Source: Phoronis australis
Taxonomy: Eukaryota > Animalia > Phoronida
Direction: 5' to 3'
NCBI GenBank assembly: GCA_002633005.1
Contig: NMRA01000475.1
Location: 197,242 to 261,241, forward strand
DNA: 64,000 bases
Below the pieces are notes generated by a model, which did no database searches, was not told where the DNA came from, and saw only the letters and a list, made by a program, of their open reading frames with translations. Shown one piece after another: positions 1 to 13,550 of this stretch (the first letter of the stretch is position 1; each line of letters opens with the position of its first letter). Made by a program: the position numbers and the translations under genes.

Positions 1-1169
1 CTCTAATACAGTCATATGGATATATCAACCAACCACCTTGAAGATGTGCGGGTCTTGCCGCGCCAGTCAAATCATAATATTTTGCCCTGTTCTACAGGTG
101 GGTAGAACTGTCAAGCAGGATATGCCAATTTAGATGGGGTTTCTCATCTCTCAGGTATTGCCCTGGATGGGTACTTCACTCTTGATATGCTATCTCGGTG
201 TGGATATTCTTTTCTAGATATTGTATCTGGTCAATACGACATAGTCTGGCAAGAAAGTATATACTGTAGACACATTTTCTTGACTTGAAAATGCTCATTG
301 TAGAGACCCCAATTTTCCATTTTCAAAAAACAGAGATCTTGTTTTTTCCTGGGAATCACGCTAATCTATCTAATGCCTTTATGCAACAACCCCGTTTTAC
401 AAATAATATGCAACACAACATGTTACTCAAGAAAGAGCAGCGCCATCTTCAGAAAGAATGAATAACTACTTGAAGATGTCTACTACAAAACAACCATTGA
501 TCAATTCACGTCGATTATTGGTCTTGGGTAACAAATCTGATGGATTACATCCATTCACAGTTTTTAGTAATTAAAAACCAAAACATTAGAATTTACTACT
601 GAAATATGTGAGTTTCATTAGACCCGTAATTCTGTAAAATTCAAGATTTTGTGAATTCCATCCGTTTTCTGTTAATATCACAAAAACTTTAGGCATATGT
701 CACTTGTTCCTGTGTAGTTGACTTTTTACTTGTACTCATCACTTTGCATTTCAGCTGACTACTACTACTACTACGGTACTTGTGTATATGACAATGAACT
801 ACATTGGAAAGGTGTGGGTTATACAGCACTACACTTGTCCATATTAGTATTTAACCCTGTGGGACCTGAAGCAACTAGAATTCAGAATGTGAAGACAATT
901 AATTTAACACAAGCAGATGCCTCCAATAACAACTTCTTGCAGTTTGCTGGTGTATAAACAAGTGAGTCAGTTAGCTCACTAGACAGAAGTTAATCTAATT
1001 GTACATAGCTCTCTGTATGTTACTTCATGTTAATATTTCGGACTGGGCCCACTTGAAAATTAGTGTGTTGAATGAAGTGGTCACCCAGTCTTTTAAGTTT
1101 TAATAAATAACCAAATAAATAAATAAAGTAGAGAAGATAAAACTACAAAAAGAATGCTTTAACACATAC

Positions 1170-1280
1170 CGGTACTTCCATGTCTTTGGTCATAGTCTCT
1201 AGGACAAGAGGTTGGAAGAATGAATGGACTGTAAGCACTTCATCTGTGACATTGATGTCAGAGTCATACTCATGAATCAT
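1170..1280 (-). CDS. SELENON: Selenoprotein N-like, coding exon 2; gene continues beyond the left edge
   Basis: TTGCAG acceptor, GTATGT donor, 111 nt, phase 0/0. MIHEYDSDINVTDEVLTVHSFFQPLVLETMTKDMEVP resembles SelN EETLTIEARFQPLLPETMTK. Confidence 0.85.
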
Positions 1281-3940
1281 CTGCAACACAGTTCAAATAT
1301 AGTAAAATCTCACCAATTTAGGACACAACTAGCACTATATCATTTTTAAAGATGTGTACCACAGTTACCATCTGTAACGGGAATTGGTGGAGCGACCAGC
1401 ACCCATGTACTTAGTATATAAAGTCGACTGTTTGTAGCCGATAAAAATATTTGCAGCGCGCATTGTGTACTTTTTTTACTCGTTCATATTGCAAGCGAGA
1501 GAACCATGGAAAAAACTTATAGAGAGTGAAACAAGAGAGAAGTAAATAAATATACTGAGTTTATTGCGCACTAAATATGAAATACAAATCTACAAACTTA
1601 CAACTCATCACTAACTTCTGTCGACATCTCAGCTTTAATTGACTTGTAATCCCAAAGAATTTATAAGCAAGAAAAATACACTGAAAAACATTGAAGTCCA
1701 AGTTAAAAAGACCCAAACAGTTAGTTTGTTTGGTTGGGATTCCTTGCGGATAGAATTTCTATCCAAGACCCCTCGCGTGTGGGGCCCATTTTTATAGGTG
1801 TATTCGCACCACGAATGTTCCAAATTACGCTAAAAAAGCGCTCTAATTAAAGTTAAATGTAAAAACCAATAAAAATCCAAAGTGAAAATTTCGTCATCAG
1901 AAGAATAAAATAAGGGAATGGACCAACATACACCCCTTTAAAATATAATAACCCACTCTAGCTTCTGGAACTAAACATAGTCTTAACTGACGACTCGACT
2001 TAACTGACGACTCCCATCAATAGCTGGCGCTACCGTCACACATCCAACAATGATTCTGAGGAATTGTGGGCATTACGGTAAAACAATGTCAGAAGCCTTT
2101 GAAGACAACTTCAGCAATCACTTTTGTCCAAAATTGGTAGAATTTGACCGTTTTTACTATAATACACAAAGCAAAGTTTGCCCCATGCTTTAACTTGTTC
2201 CAGCATGAAAAGGCATGGCCAGAGAGCCACATTATTTACCCACAATGCCCCATTTTAGTAGGGCACTTTTTCAGCCTCTTCGGACAGTGGGTACTGGCTT
2301 GAAACATTTCACATAACAAAATCTGTCATTTCAAATCCAGCAATGTTTTGCCGACGTGTAGATATTACACCACAAGGTTAAGGAGACAACCCTCCCGTTC
2401 ACTGCAAAAAGAGAAAAACACCAAATCCCACTATTGAAGGCTTCTGGCTATGCCATTGATTTAGGAAGGTTGTACAATATTCACGAATGTACCATTCATC
2501 CTTGTTTTTTACCTATACATATACCATACAGTAACTAATTGTGTTTTCTTATCTACCAGCCCAGGAGAGTTTACTTCAGAATGACCCTACCAGATTGCAA
2601 ACTATAGGCTACGGTATTATCAATTGAGAAGTTGTTATACAACTGTTTCCAACTTATGGTTCTAAAAATAACATAACATGACAACAGGTAATGTGGCTGA
2701 GGTTCTGATTCTGAGTAGGCAGTTCCTTTGGCAAGGGATGTGTTAAAAAAAGTATATGAAATATTGTTGCAAAGATGGATTATTCCTGGTCAACTTGAAC
2801 ACAAGCCCATTTAATAACAGATAACATTTCAGTTGCTAGGTGCCGACTTGGTAAATCAATGCTCAACTTTCAGGCACAAGCCTTGAATACTCATGGGTTA
2901 TGCCAAGAACATGTGCCAACATGTCGTGTATGATGCTACACATAACCACAGTTTTACTGAACATGTACTAACATATTAGATACATGTGCTAAAACATGTC
3001 ATGTGCTAACACAAGAGATGTGCCAAGACACAAGCTAACTTAATCATTAGATTTCCCAAGACCTGTGCTACATGTTTTAACGTGTTTGATGTCCTGGCAT
3101 AATGAGCTATCATTACGTTTGGCCATAGTTTAATCAGGAATAACAGGCCAAATGAAAACATATTTATTGTTACAACTGTGCAATTGTTCAACAAACACCT
3201 GCAGGGCTCAACCATGACGCTCATGTATTTACAATCTTTTCTGATCGTCTGCTTGCTCAGAATTGTAGGATGACATGTTTGGCTTTCCTCCATTTCCATC
3301 TGCTGGCTTATGAACCTATGAACCTTGGTAATTGTTCTATTATGTTGCGCACCCAACGTTCTAGTTTTTATAAAAGTCACATTTCTTATCATATTTTCAA
3401 AATTCAAAAACCTAACCTAAGCTATTTACAAACATTCAAAATGAAACTGCCATTGTTGCCCCCAGTGTTTACAACCATGTTTATGATGACAAATTTAATG
3501 CGCGATTATCCAAGTTAATCTCCAGAGAACTGCCTTGATGATAGCTGCAAGGTTAGCAAACTATGAACTGTTCAAGTTGCCTAGCTCAACCGGTGTCAGT
3601 GCAGGATTCTTTTCATGACAACCGAGTAGCCCTGATTTTGGCAACCTCATTTTCCGTTCTACCTGCATTTTCCAAGCTGGCATTATGCTGAGCATTTAAG
3701 CAATTATGATAGGCCTAATTATTAAGAGTACAGATCACTCTACCGATTCATGATCTCTTGTACATGTATTTTAAGATTGTTTTAATAATAAACCGCAGTT
3801 TTGAGAAAAAACAGGACATTCATGGAAAAGACAAAATATCTTTTTTATAAGTAGCTAAGCTGCGGCACAATGCCAAGGAGAATTATACAAAAGCTGTGAA
3901 CTAGGCCTACTAGTCGTAATTGATTGTTCAATTGGCTTAC

Positions 3941-4414
3941 ATTCTTTGATCCATTGTTCATCTCCAGCAGGCGATGGCCTAATGGTTCAAACTCCTCAAT
4001 GTCCAACACACCATCATCATCCCTATCATACTGGCGAAACAAGACAATTCCATCAACGCCTAAATCCTCATAGATTTCAGGAGGTACATGGAAATGTGGG
4101 AAGGTTTGCAGGTAGGCCCCATAGCAGCCAACAAATATGGCCAAGACACCAAAGAACACAGACAGGATCCAAACTGCACGTTTTGAGATTTTGAATGTAA
4201 CATAATCTGTCGATACCATCTCTTCATTTCGTAGAGATTGATGTAGGTTATTGTTCTTCAAATTTTCACAAGGTTTACGATTTTCCAAACTTTCGTCGTC
4301 CCCGATTTCTGACGTCTCCAAATCTGGGCTCGGCTGAGGAGACGAATTGTTCTCAGCCGTCGTCTCAGAACTGGTTTCCTCCATCTCTGGAGGCTTAACT
4401 TTTTTCCTCGGCAT
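3941..4414 (-). CDS. SELENON: Selenoprotein N-like, coding exon 1 (158 codons)
   Basis: ATG at 4414. Acidic N-terminus, one TM segment (AVWILSVFFGVLAIFVGCYGAYL), then EF-hand LGVDGIVLFRQYDRDDDGVLDIEEFEPLGHRL, resembling vertebrate SelN [32 protein letters not shown]. GTAAG donor after 3941, phase 0. Confidence 0.85.
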
Positions 4415-4611
4415 GGTTAGCTAACGACTACCCAGCGTTATGGGTCACATAATCGGCAGTCAACAGGTGACAATTTACCCATCATCTGCAATCACGTAGG
4501 CCATCAACGGAGCTTTGGGACAATGTCAAGGTCGCAACAAAGCTTGTTTCGCCATCTATTGGAATTTTTGTAAAGAAATCCCTAGTCAATTCGTCATATT
4601 ATAGGGGCTAA

Positions 4612-4853
4612 CATGCGCGCACTCAGCCTAAAAAATGGGGGGGGGGGTCGAATTTTTGAGAATGGGGACCTTTTACTAAGATTCACGGGGTACCTTCAGA
4701 GTCATGAATTGTGCATTCGCCGAGCTTAGGTAGTTCCTGCTTTTTTAGTGGACTTTTGTCTCGTTTTCTACTTTTTCGGAGTTTTTGTTTCTCTGAAGTG
4801 GACTCCTTCTTTGCCCACTTCAACCCCGAGCACCGCCCCCTGGGTGCGCGCAT
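4612..4853. mobile_element. Small GC-rich TIR element (MITE) just upstream of SelN
   Basis: CATGCGCGCACTCAG ... CTGGGTGCGCGCATG inverted termini. A related element lies at ~45493-45646. Confidence 0.55.
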
Positions 4854-5384
4854 GGTTAACGGAGGTAACTGAACTCAGACATTAGAATAAGTTAGCTACA
4901 GTATAGCATACCCACAAAGGACATTTCCGACAATTGGAAATAAAATCTCATTTAGAACACGCGACATTGGGGAATCACAAAAACAGCCGTACTGCCCTCC
5001 GCCGCGAAGAACTGAAATTTACTGGCTTGTTCTTCGTTTTATACGTATGTTCAAAGGCTCACGTTTCAGGCTTGCCTACAATAAAGTTACAAAAATTGAA
5101 GTTGATTCCAACGAGAAAAGTGATAATAACTTGATAATATAAAATCGGTCTGAACCGGATTAAAAATAATTTCTATTAGTCTTGAAAAGAACTGACAGGT
5201 AGCATTAGACCAGAGCCCACGTTCTAATCTTTTTGCTCGAACTGGAATTCGAAATCATGTCTGAAATTTTCTACTCTATGTTTCTGTGGAGAACTCAAGA
5301 AAAGTCATGTCCTATGCTTAAGTACACTTTTAATATTGGTTTACTTGCCAAGTACGTGGATAACTGTCCACTTCTAGTTCAAGT

Positions 5385-5512
5385 CACACTTGATGACCCC
5401 AGCATTGAGGCTTAATTAAGTTCGAGATTGAATTGGAAATCTTGAGTTTCTCCACGAAATCTCGACTTTTTACTCGAGATTGTAGCTCCAATTTAGGGGT
5501 CAAGCAAGTGCG
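5385..5512. mobile_element. MITE family with CACTTGATGACCCC-type termini; second copy ~53255-53375
   Basis: Both loci share CTTGATGACCCC...AAATCTCGA..TTTTAC.CGA..GTCA.CAAGTGC, with inverted ends. Confidence 0.5.
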
Positions 5513-7722
5513 AATTAGTGCCGGATTAGAAAGTTACCTATCAACCATAATGTAAGCGAGCATAGTCTAATAAATGCTTAAAATATGTTCACACAACGAA
5601 GGAGGGCAGAAATTTCCAAAAACAATTCCAGTCCGATTTCGGGTAAAAAGACTGGACCCCGTTATGTTGAAAGAGCAAATTCGTTTGTTTAGTATTACGC
5701 CATTTTGACGTTTTGGACCCAGCTAACCTAAATTAAAATGCCAAAATTAAATTAAATAATTAGACCAGATTAACGCAGCGCTGTTTATTAATCATCAATT
5801 CGAAATGTATAACGTGGCTATGGACCCAGACAATCTTAATCCTTCTCAACTCCAGCCCTGGAAGCATATAATTGGTGCAACTCTTGTCGGAGTAGGCCCT
5901 ACACTGGTTACTCCAAACACGTAATTTAAATTTGTAAAAAAATTCAAGTGCTAAATTTCTCCCCTGGTTACCTGAATCGGAAAAAAATCGAAGGCTTGCA
6001 AAATTTTTGAAAATGTGATGTGACCGTGCATTCCCGTTCCTAGTTTTGGGTCCAAATCGCGTCATACTAGGGGCAGATACATCATCACTAAACATCCAAA
6101 TACACCTGTGACGCTGAAAACCAGTGTTTTTCAACACCAGGACATGGTTTATAGTCGCTTTAAATCTTTTAACATATAAATTTTTACTTCAAAAGGATTT
6201 TACAGGCTTAATCAATTAAAAAATTCCGCAAAAGTGAGACTTTAACAAAAAAGTCCATCTATTTTGCCTGTCAGTACTGAAAATTGCTTAGAACAAGAGC
6301 GTAGACCCGTTTTGCATCCCGAATAACACGAGTTTGATGAAAGCGTTTGTGTTTTTAACCTGGTGTGAACTTGGGTCTTTGATTAGCTATTACAGTAACG
6401 TCTCAGTTTTACCGTTTAAAAAGTTCTTCTAATAATTCATACAGTTTAATAATCATTATAAGTTATGTAAAAATGTATGCATGCATATGCAAGCATTGCT
6501 TATTATGTGCAATGAACAAGACTGATGGTTGATGAATAATGAATGCTTTTTTAATTTTGCTGTCTTGGTTATCTCTTCCTGGTACAACAGATGTTGGAGT
6601 GCCGTGATACGCCGTAAAATGTAACAATTTCGTGAATGTAACTAACAACTGGTACATTTTACTCCATTGTCACATTTTACGTTGCCAGGACTCTCCTAAA
6701 TTGTAACAAGTTGTTGCATTTTATGTAATTGTTCAATTGACGCCGAATGCACATGCAAGAAATGTACCATTGTTACATTTCAAGAAAGCGATGTCATATT
6801 TCATGAGTTTGCATGGTATTTCCCACACGGAGGAAAACGGTTCAAACACTTAATGCCTTCTTTCTCAGATTGTTTGAATGAAATTCTATCATATGTGCCA
6901 GCTCAAATTTATAGATGTGTTCCTATGTGCATTCCATTGTTTGTCTAACACGAGTAGTTTCTTGGTGTACTCTGTACAGTTTCAACTCCAGACGAAAGGA
7001 GTTTCCAGGTTCAGGTAACAAGTTTTTTCATTGTTAAGGTTTTCGTGCAATCTTTTGTTAGTGCTCACAGGTCACAAACCAAGTGTGTATCCGGCATTAC
7101 AGTAAACACAATTCTCTTGGTAAGCACAACAGAAACAATGACAACGTATTTGGCTAATATTTATTGTTATTTCTTCCGGAGCAAAGGACAATTAGATGAC
7201 AAAAAATTTCCCAGAGAATTCAATTTCGGAAGCAAATTTGATATAAAAAACACCCGTTTTAGCCCACGATAGTTTGGCCAGTGTTTTATTGCTTTGGAGT
7301 CATCGCTAATGCACTAATTGCCGTGCTCCACGCAAAAAGGAGCAAGACTAGACTTTCTGATGCCGACGGGTTCTGTCTACCACCCCGAATGACACATTTC
7401 TTAAAGACATTGTGGTGAAAGGAAAAAAGCACGCAGGTTGACAGATTTTGGCAGTGCAACAGCAAAAGATCGCCTTTGAGAAGTACGAGCCAATAGTATG
7501 AAAAAAGTGGCGGTATAGTAACGTGTTTTACACAGTTTAAAAACTGAATGAAAAATCATTGTTCCTGTGATGTCAAACCTGTCTGAAATAGTGGCGGTAA
7601 CAACAGATCAAACCGTGACGCGTATACGTAAAAAAATTGAAGCCTAAGTGGGAAAATAGAAAATATTTTGGCACACTGAAAGGGCATGATTACTTTGCTC
7701 AAACCGGGACTAGGTCGATAAT

Positions 7723-8080
7723 TTAAAGGGGAAATAGGTCCAAAAATCTGCCTGTCGGCCTTTCGGACTACACAAACATACAGTTTCTCTTTCTATTATC
7801 TTTTGATTTAAAATATCACTTAAAATTGCTATTTGGTCAATGTTCGTTAGTTCAAAGCCCAAAGATTGGACAGTCTACTATTACTGGACGTGAAGTCACT
7901 CGTCTCATGAGGCGCCATTTTTGTGTTGCAGCTCGCTGTCAACAAAACGCGTGGTTGCAGGCAGATAAGGGAATTTGGTATATTAACCCTTTTGATACAT
8001 CGCGTAAAAAGCGGATATTAAACAGTCGTGACTGACTTCGACGTTGGCCGTTTTTGTTCCATAGAATCCACTTTCAAGGA
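7723..8080 (+). mobile_element. Kolobok-like end (TTAAAGGGG) with THAP-like remnant, nested in the previous element
   Basis: TTAA+AGGGG terminus. Downstream MRRHFCVAARC...RKKR and later C..HF-like codons resemble a decayed THAP start. No matching right TIR found. Confidence 0.35.
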
Positions 8081-8631
8081 AACGTAGTTCAAATCACTCA
8101 GTTAAATCACTGTGTTTTTTAAGAATTTTGGGGTCCGTTTCACATAAAATTGCGTGTTTTGTATGTCTGCTACCACCAGCTATTCTAATGACCCGATGAC
8201 CGCAGCCATAGCCGACAAGAGAGATAGAGACAAAAATGATAACACGACGGGTATCCTCACGTTTAGATGTAAATCGCAAGTAAAAGATTGCTGTCTGAAT
8301 TCAGTTCTTCGTGGCAAACTACAGAAGGACCGTGGTTGCTGATAGTTCAGAAATAATCATTTTTTGTAGTTGGCGCACGTCTAAACAACATTTTAAATCT
8401 CAACCCCCTCGCTTCCAAATATAGGCTTACTCTGCACAGCTGTCAAGACGTTTCTCATAATATCGTTAAGGCTGAACATAGAAACCCCTTTAAAATCCTT
8501 TTGAAACAGCACTCGTTGTCCACTATGGTGGAAAAAAAATTGAACCATAAATGAAATAATTTTAAAATCGTTGAGAATCATGATGTATTAGCACTTTGCT
8601 TAACATTGTGTCCTCGTTAAATAAATTCAAA

Positions 8632-8770
8632 AATGTTAATAATAATAATACTAACAACAATAATAATAATAATAATAATAATAACAACAATAACAATAAC
8701 GAGTAATAGTAGTGATAGTGGTAATAGTAATAATAGCAGTAATAGTAGTATTACTAATAAAAATAATAAT
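8632..8770. repeat. (AAT)n/(AGT)n microsatellite
   Basis: Direct trinucleotide repeats. Confidence 0.9.
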
Positions 8771-11230
8771 GGGTAGCCAAATTCATGCCGTGTCACCCCG
8801 GAGGGCATTCCTATAAAAGAGATATACGAATAATGCCGTCCAAAAGGCTGTGTCTTTACAGTAAAAAACTCCTAAACGGTGCTATTTTCGACAAAATACT
8901 ATCTAAAAAGGTACCTTGTCTGAGCTTCTGGAACAGAACTGTAAGAAAATGTGAATTTTTACACAAAATTTATCTCTGAATGTGTCCACTCTCTAAACGG
9001 GTAGTTATTCAAATCTTCAGGCGGCACCCCTCATCCAAAAATACTCCAGTACCCCCCGCCGTGTCACATACCACTTGTTCGTGATTTTGGTAATTTTCTT
9101 TGTGATATGACGTCGGTTTCGTAAAATGTAACAATGGTACATTTCTCGAATGTGCATTCGACGTAAAATATAACAACTACTTAAAATGTAACAACTTGTT
9201 ACATTTTTAGAAAGGCTTAGCAACGTAAAATGAAACAATGACAACTGTTACATTTTACGAAATTGTTACATTTTACGGCATATCAGTGCCGTGCAGTTAC
9301 CGACTGTTAAGAAGAGTAAAATGGTATAAAGTAATACGACGAACGTCGGTACTAAAATATATTAAATATGTCTGTATCATGCCCTTGATGAAGAGTGTAC
9401 CACTCAAAACATGGAGAATATTTAAATATATTTTAGTGTCGACGTTTGTCGGTTTACTTTATATTATTTTAGCCCAAAATACCAAATCTGAAGGATCTTA
9501 TCGACTGGCTTGTGTATTTACCCAAGTAGCAACAATACTATAGATTTTAACACAGTAAAAGCGTACATATTTTAAAATTTGATTAAAAGCACGACCGTAT
9601 TTTCTGTTTGGTAACTTCAAAGACAATCTCTCGTGTTCACTGTACAGTAAAACGTTAAATAGCAAAAACAAGACGCTGTGCTTCGGATCGACGTATCGAA
9701 ATTACTCAGTATCATCATAAGGTGTGGAAATCCTTCACCAGGACAATTGATGTATTAGGTTATTAATCCGTGAGGCACTTCACATAAGCAAAACTGCTGG
9801 GGCATCTAACTAAAACAGCCCTATCAATCCGTACGTCTCCAGCATTTTGTAAAGGCACTCTTCCACCGTTAAGAGATTGTTTACCTATGGCGACGGGACC
9901 CGCATCCTAAACTCTTGAATTATATTTGCAACCTGCTCCTCAAGCCGGTCCAGGGGCATACAGAGGCGACTGAAAAAGCAACAGCTAGCGGGCAATATCA
10001 TTATTTTAAGTTTGGGTCTCTTGCTGTGAGGATGGAAGTGTGATTAGACGATTAGTGTCGCCGTACACCGTCTATGACACCGTCTGCGACAGGTATTTTT
10101 GCAGGTAATTTAGCTATAGCATGCTGAAAGGTCACTAAACCTTTACATGGGGGCATACATTCTAAAGCAGCTGTGGTGAATGTTAAGTAATTGATTGCTT
10201 GTCTCGCCTTTGTCAGCATCTGTGTACTGACTAGGATCACGATCGACATTCTTATTTGGCACTCATGGACATAGAACACTGGTATCCTCGTTCAATATAT
10301 GAATGAAATATATGATATTCAAATGAAAGAAGATTAAAAGAAAAAGGCATTTCTTTTCTTTTCTCCAGTTTCTAATGTGTCCGCGTTGGAAGACATTAAA
10401 CGCGACAGAATGTGTGTGGAGACTAAGTGGCAATTTTATCAAAGCAATAATGTAAGTTAGATGGTCAATGGCACTTTATTTTGCAATGAATAAATACAAC
10501 GTTTGAACGTAAAAACAACCAACAAGTTCAATAGCTAAAATCACACATGCACTAAACATCGGACCCGATACAGAGTTTTGGTGTAATGCGCGTTGTAGAA
10601 CAAATATACACTTTGAATTTTTTACACAAGCCGTATATAAGACAATTACGAAGAAATTTAGATTCTAGACTTTTTATCCTCTACAACTGCCTACATACAA
10701 AGAAGGAAACAGATTCACATTGTAAGTTTTGTTTGCGTGCCTGTTTACAGAGGCCTTCACGAATGTCCAGGGGGGCAAAATAAAACTTTTTCAGCTTCTG
10801 AAATCAAACTCGCGACACTCACCACATAAAACGACATTATAAACGTAGAAAATTTTCATTTATTCTCATTATTCGACAACCTTCAGAAATATGCGTACTA
10901 GATTGTACGAGCGGTCTTAGGTGTTTGCAAGAAATTTGTTTCGTTGTAAACCGAAAACATTTCCGATACAACACGTTGTGTGACAAATGCCAACAGGTTT
11001 TGCACACAAAGAAACAGTGGACGATACCTATATATAGAGCGACAGGTTTCTGTCACTGTTTTGGCTTCCTTAAGTTATAGATGAGGAGATGCTTGTTTCT
11101 GTTGAAGAGGGCAGTCTTCCACGTGGATAAACCCTGCCCACCCGGCTTGCCGACACGGGCACTATTAGTTAGCATGTTTTTTTTTCGTAACAGGACGTAA
11201 ACCAATTTGCCTCTTGCAATAAATTTTTGA

Positions 11231-11538
11231 CTATTGGTTTATCAATTTCCCGAAGTCAACCGTAACATTCTGTGTTTTCAAAGTCTCGACAAATTTTTCA
11301 ATGGACACCGCGTTCTTGTCCGTCTTCAAAGCCGATGCAAAGGTGCCAAGGATCAAAAGAATCGAAGCAGCGAACGCTATGGAATTGTTCAAGAAGTTGT
11401 ATTTTCTTTTATCCTTCGTCAAGAGCGCTGTTTTAAAGTCCGTCAGGGCCAAAATGGATAAACCCAGCAGACCAGCAACTTGGATGATCATCATCGTAAT
11501 GTAAATAGAAAGTAATAGGACATAGAAAGGCTCCACTT
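11231..11538 (-). CDS. Ninjurin-family gene, last exon (two TM helices)
   Basis: Phase-1 acceptor TTTTCAG. EVEPFYVLLLSIYITMMIIQVAGLLGLSIL...KYNFLNNSIAFAASILLILGTFASAL matches the ninjurin FY..L..LQ...LNN pattern. Stop at 11231. Confidence 0.8.
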
Positions 11539-12162
11539 CTGAAAAAGAAAAGACATCTGCCTTGAACCCGGCTCCTACCAAATGTGTCGTTTATACCCTT
11601 ACCGTTATAAAATTTGATCTCAACTAATTGTTCCCTACTTAAATGAGAAGTGTATTCTTGTAATGCTTGTAAGGATTGTCAGATTGTTATTGCCTGATGG
11701 AGGACATGGCTGACGCACAAAACGGCTCCCGCCAACTTATAGAGCCTGGTCTCCAACACCACCTAACTGTCACATCTTTCTAAGAAATCACTTCTAATCT
11801 GAGAAAGGGACAACTTTTAGGTTGTTAGTAGTTTAAAAACTACTACTTCATCGCCCATCGATGTCGAGTGAAAACATTTGGATGAAAATGCGCACTACAT
11901 GAATAAAAAAACTTCGTTTTCAGAAGATTTCGATAGCGAGAATAAAGATAATAAGCACAGACCCGAATGATAGCGTTCAGAAGAACGTATTTTGACTTAT
12001 ATGTTATCGAAAAACGCACAATTATTGTCAACCACGTGCCAAATGCTACGCTCGTTTTGCAAATATGAGTTTAATCAGAAGTTCAAAAGAGCACAAACAA
12101 AGGGACGAGTTCTTCAGGGCTTCACTGGTGCAATTTTAACAAATCTGAACTTTCAAATTTAC

Positions 12163-12283
12163 CTTTTCCAGCTTGCACGAGTTCCTTCAGTGCTATGACC
12201 GTCATCTCAAGAAGCCCTATGTTGAGAACACCAGCGGTGATAGACTTGATTGTGGTGTATTTTCCGACAGAGCGTCCGCCTGT
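12163..12283 (-). CDS. Ninjurin-family gene, exon 3 (amphipathic helices)
   Basis: TGGRSVGKYTTIKSITAGVLNIGLLEMTVIALKELVQAGK aligns with NINJ HYASKKSAAESMLDIALLMANASQLKAVVEQG. 121 nt, phase 0/1. Confidence 0.8.
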
Positions 12284-13023
12284 CTGTCAATTAAAAGCGA
12301 CAGAAAAGATACTCCTACTTTGAAGACAGTACTTGATCAATCAAATCCTACTAGCAGATCTGTGTTGCAGAAAAGTGCACATGAGAGGTACATGTGGACT
12401 AACAGGTGTCAAAAGCGTATTTAATTTGTTGAACAAAGAACGAGCTCGTAATGATTTAACAACTGCATAAACTTGTTTTTTAGGCAGAATATACTGTAAA
12501 CATCGGAATGGTCCCTAATAGGATGCCGATGACTAGGACTGTTTAGATATGTTATTTGTTGCAAATCACATCTGGGATTTTAATGTTTTACTGCATGTTT
12601 ATCTGACACGCCACTGGACAAATAGACTACTGTAAAGTAATTATAATGACTTGATAGTTAACTGGTTGATCAGTCTGAATTTTTGAGTAACAGTGTTTGC
12701 AAACAATTTTTGCCTGACAGCGTTAGCCCACATTGAACGCATAAGAAGGAATTCTCTCCCCTGGTTGTGAACAGTTAAGTAGTTAAAAGTTTGCGCCCCC
12801 CCCGCCCACCGGAACAGCGGCCTTAACCACGGCACTGTTTTCTTCTTATTCCGAGTTTGTACAAAAAGTCCCCGCTAAGTGCATGTCTCACAGCCCTAGC
12901 CTCCAATATAAGAGAAACACAATAATGTTACTACGCAAATCATCTCCTCAAACCGGTTTTAGAAAGTGAAGACATATAGTCAATTCTGGTCATTTAGCTA
13001 AACAGAGAGATGTTTGGCATTAC

Positions 13024-13107
13024 CTTGACAGTTATGTCTTGGAGTAATTCACTAAAATCTGTTTGGAATTGTCCTTCGTTGTCGCCTGGCTCGTCGTTCT
13101 TGTGCGC
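13024..13107 (-). CDS. Ninjurin-family gene, exon 2
   Basis: Polypyrimidine tract + AG, 84 nt AHKNDEPGDNEGQFQTDFSELLQDITVK, GTAATG donor, phase 0/0. Confidence 0.7.
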
Positions 13108-13529
13108 CTTAAAAGAAAAAAATGCATTGAAACTATCTCTCTTTCACGTTTTTCGATCTCTGAATACGAGGAACCATTCATTTTCTGATCATCGGAGGCG
13201 AAATAGAATTTTAGTCATGCTTGTGAAAAGCAATACACCGAGGAGACAATGATCCCAACGGTACGTTAAAATGTTCTTTTTTAAATATCAACGAAACTAG
13301 GATTTTCATGGACAGAATCACAAGGTATATACAAAATTGATAAACAAGGGCCAATCCAACACTTTAAATGTTGGACTAGCCCTTTATAAAGAAAAATTCA
13401 AACTAAGAGCTTTCCAAAATCCACGCCCAGGTCTTGCTTAAGTCCATTTCTCTGTTAAAAAGAAAGAAACCCAGTCAGATCACACCTTCTCCAAGTTCGT
13501 CCTATCACTGGCCGACAGTTTCAACTTAC

Positions 13530-13550
13530 CTCTTTGACTGCATTCCTCAT
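13530..13550 (-). CDS. Ninjurin-family gene, first coding exon (MRNAVKE; exon acceptor at 13577)
   Basis: TTTCAG acceptor before 13577, in-frame ATG at 13550, GTAAGT donor, phase 0. The true start could lie in a further upstream exon. Confidence 0.6.

Larger units (their letters stand above)
6605..9285. mobile_element. Non-autonomous TIR transposon with TG..CA ends and 6-bp TSD
   Basis: TGATACGCCGTAAAATGTAACAATTTCGT ... ACGAAATTGTTACATTTTACGGCATATCA. Perfect GTGCCG duplication at 6599-6604 and 9286-9291. Subterminal AAATGTAAC repeats. Confidence 0.8.

Noticed and set aside
8617-8808. Hydrophobic poly-Leu/Ile ORF
   Set aside because: Microsatellite translation.
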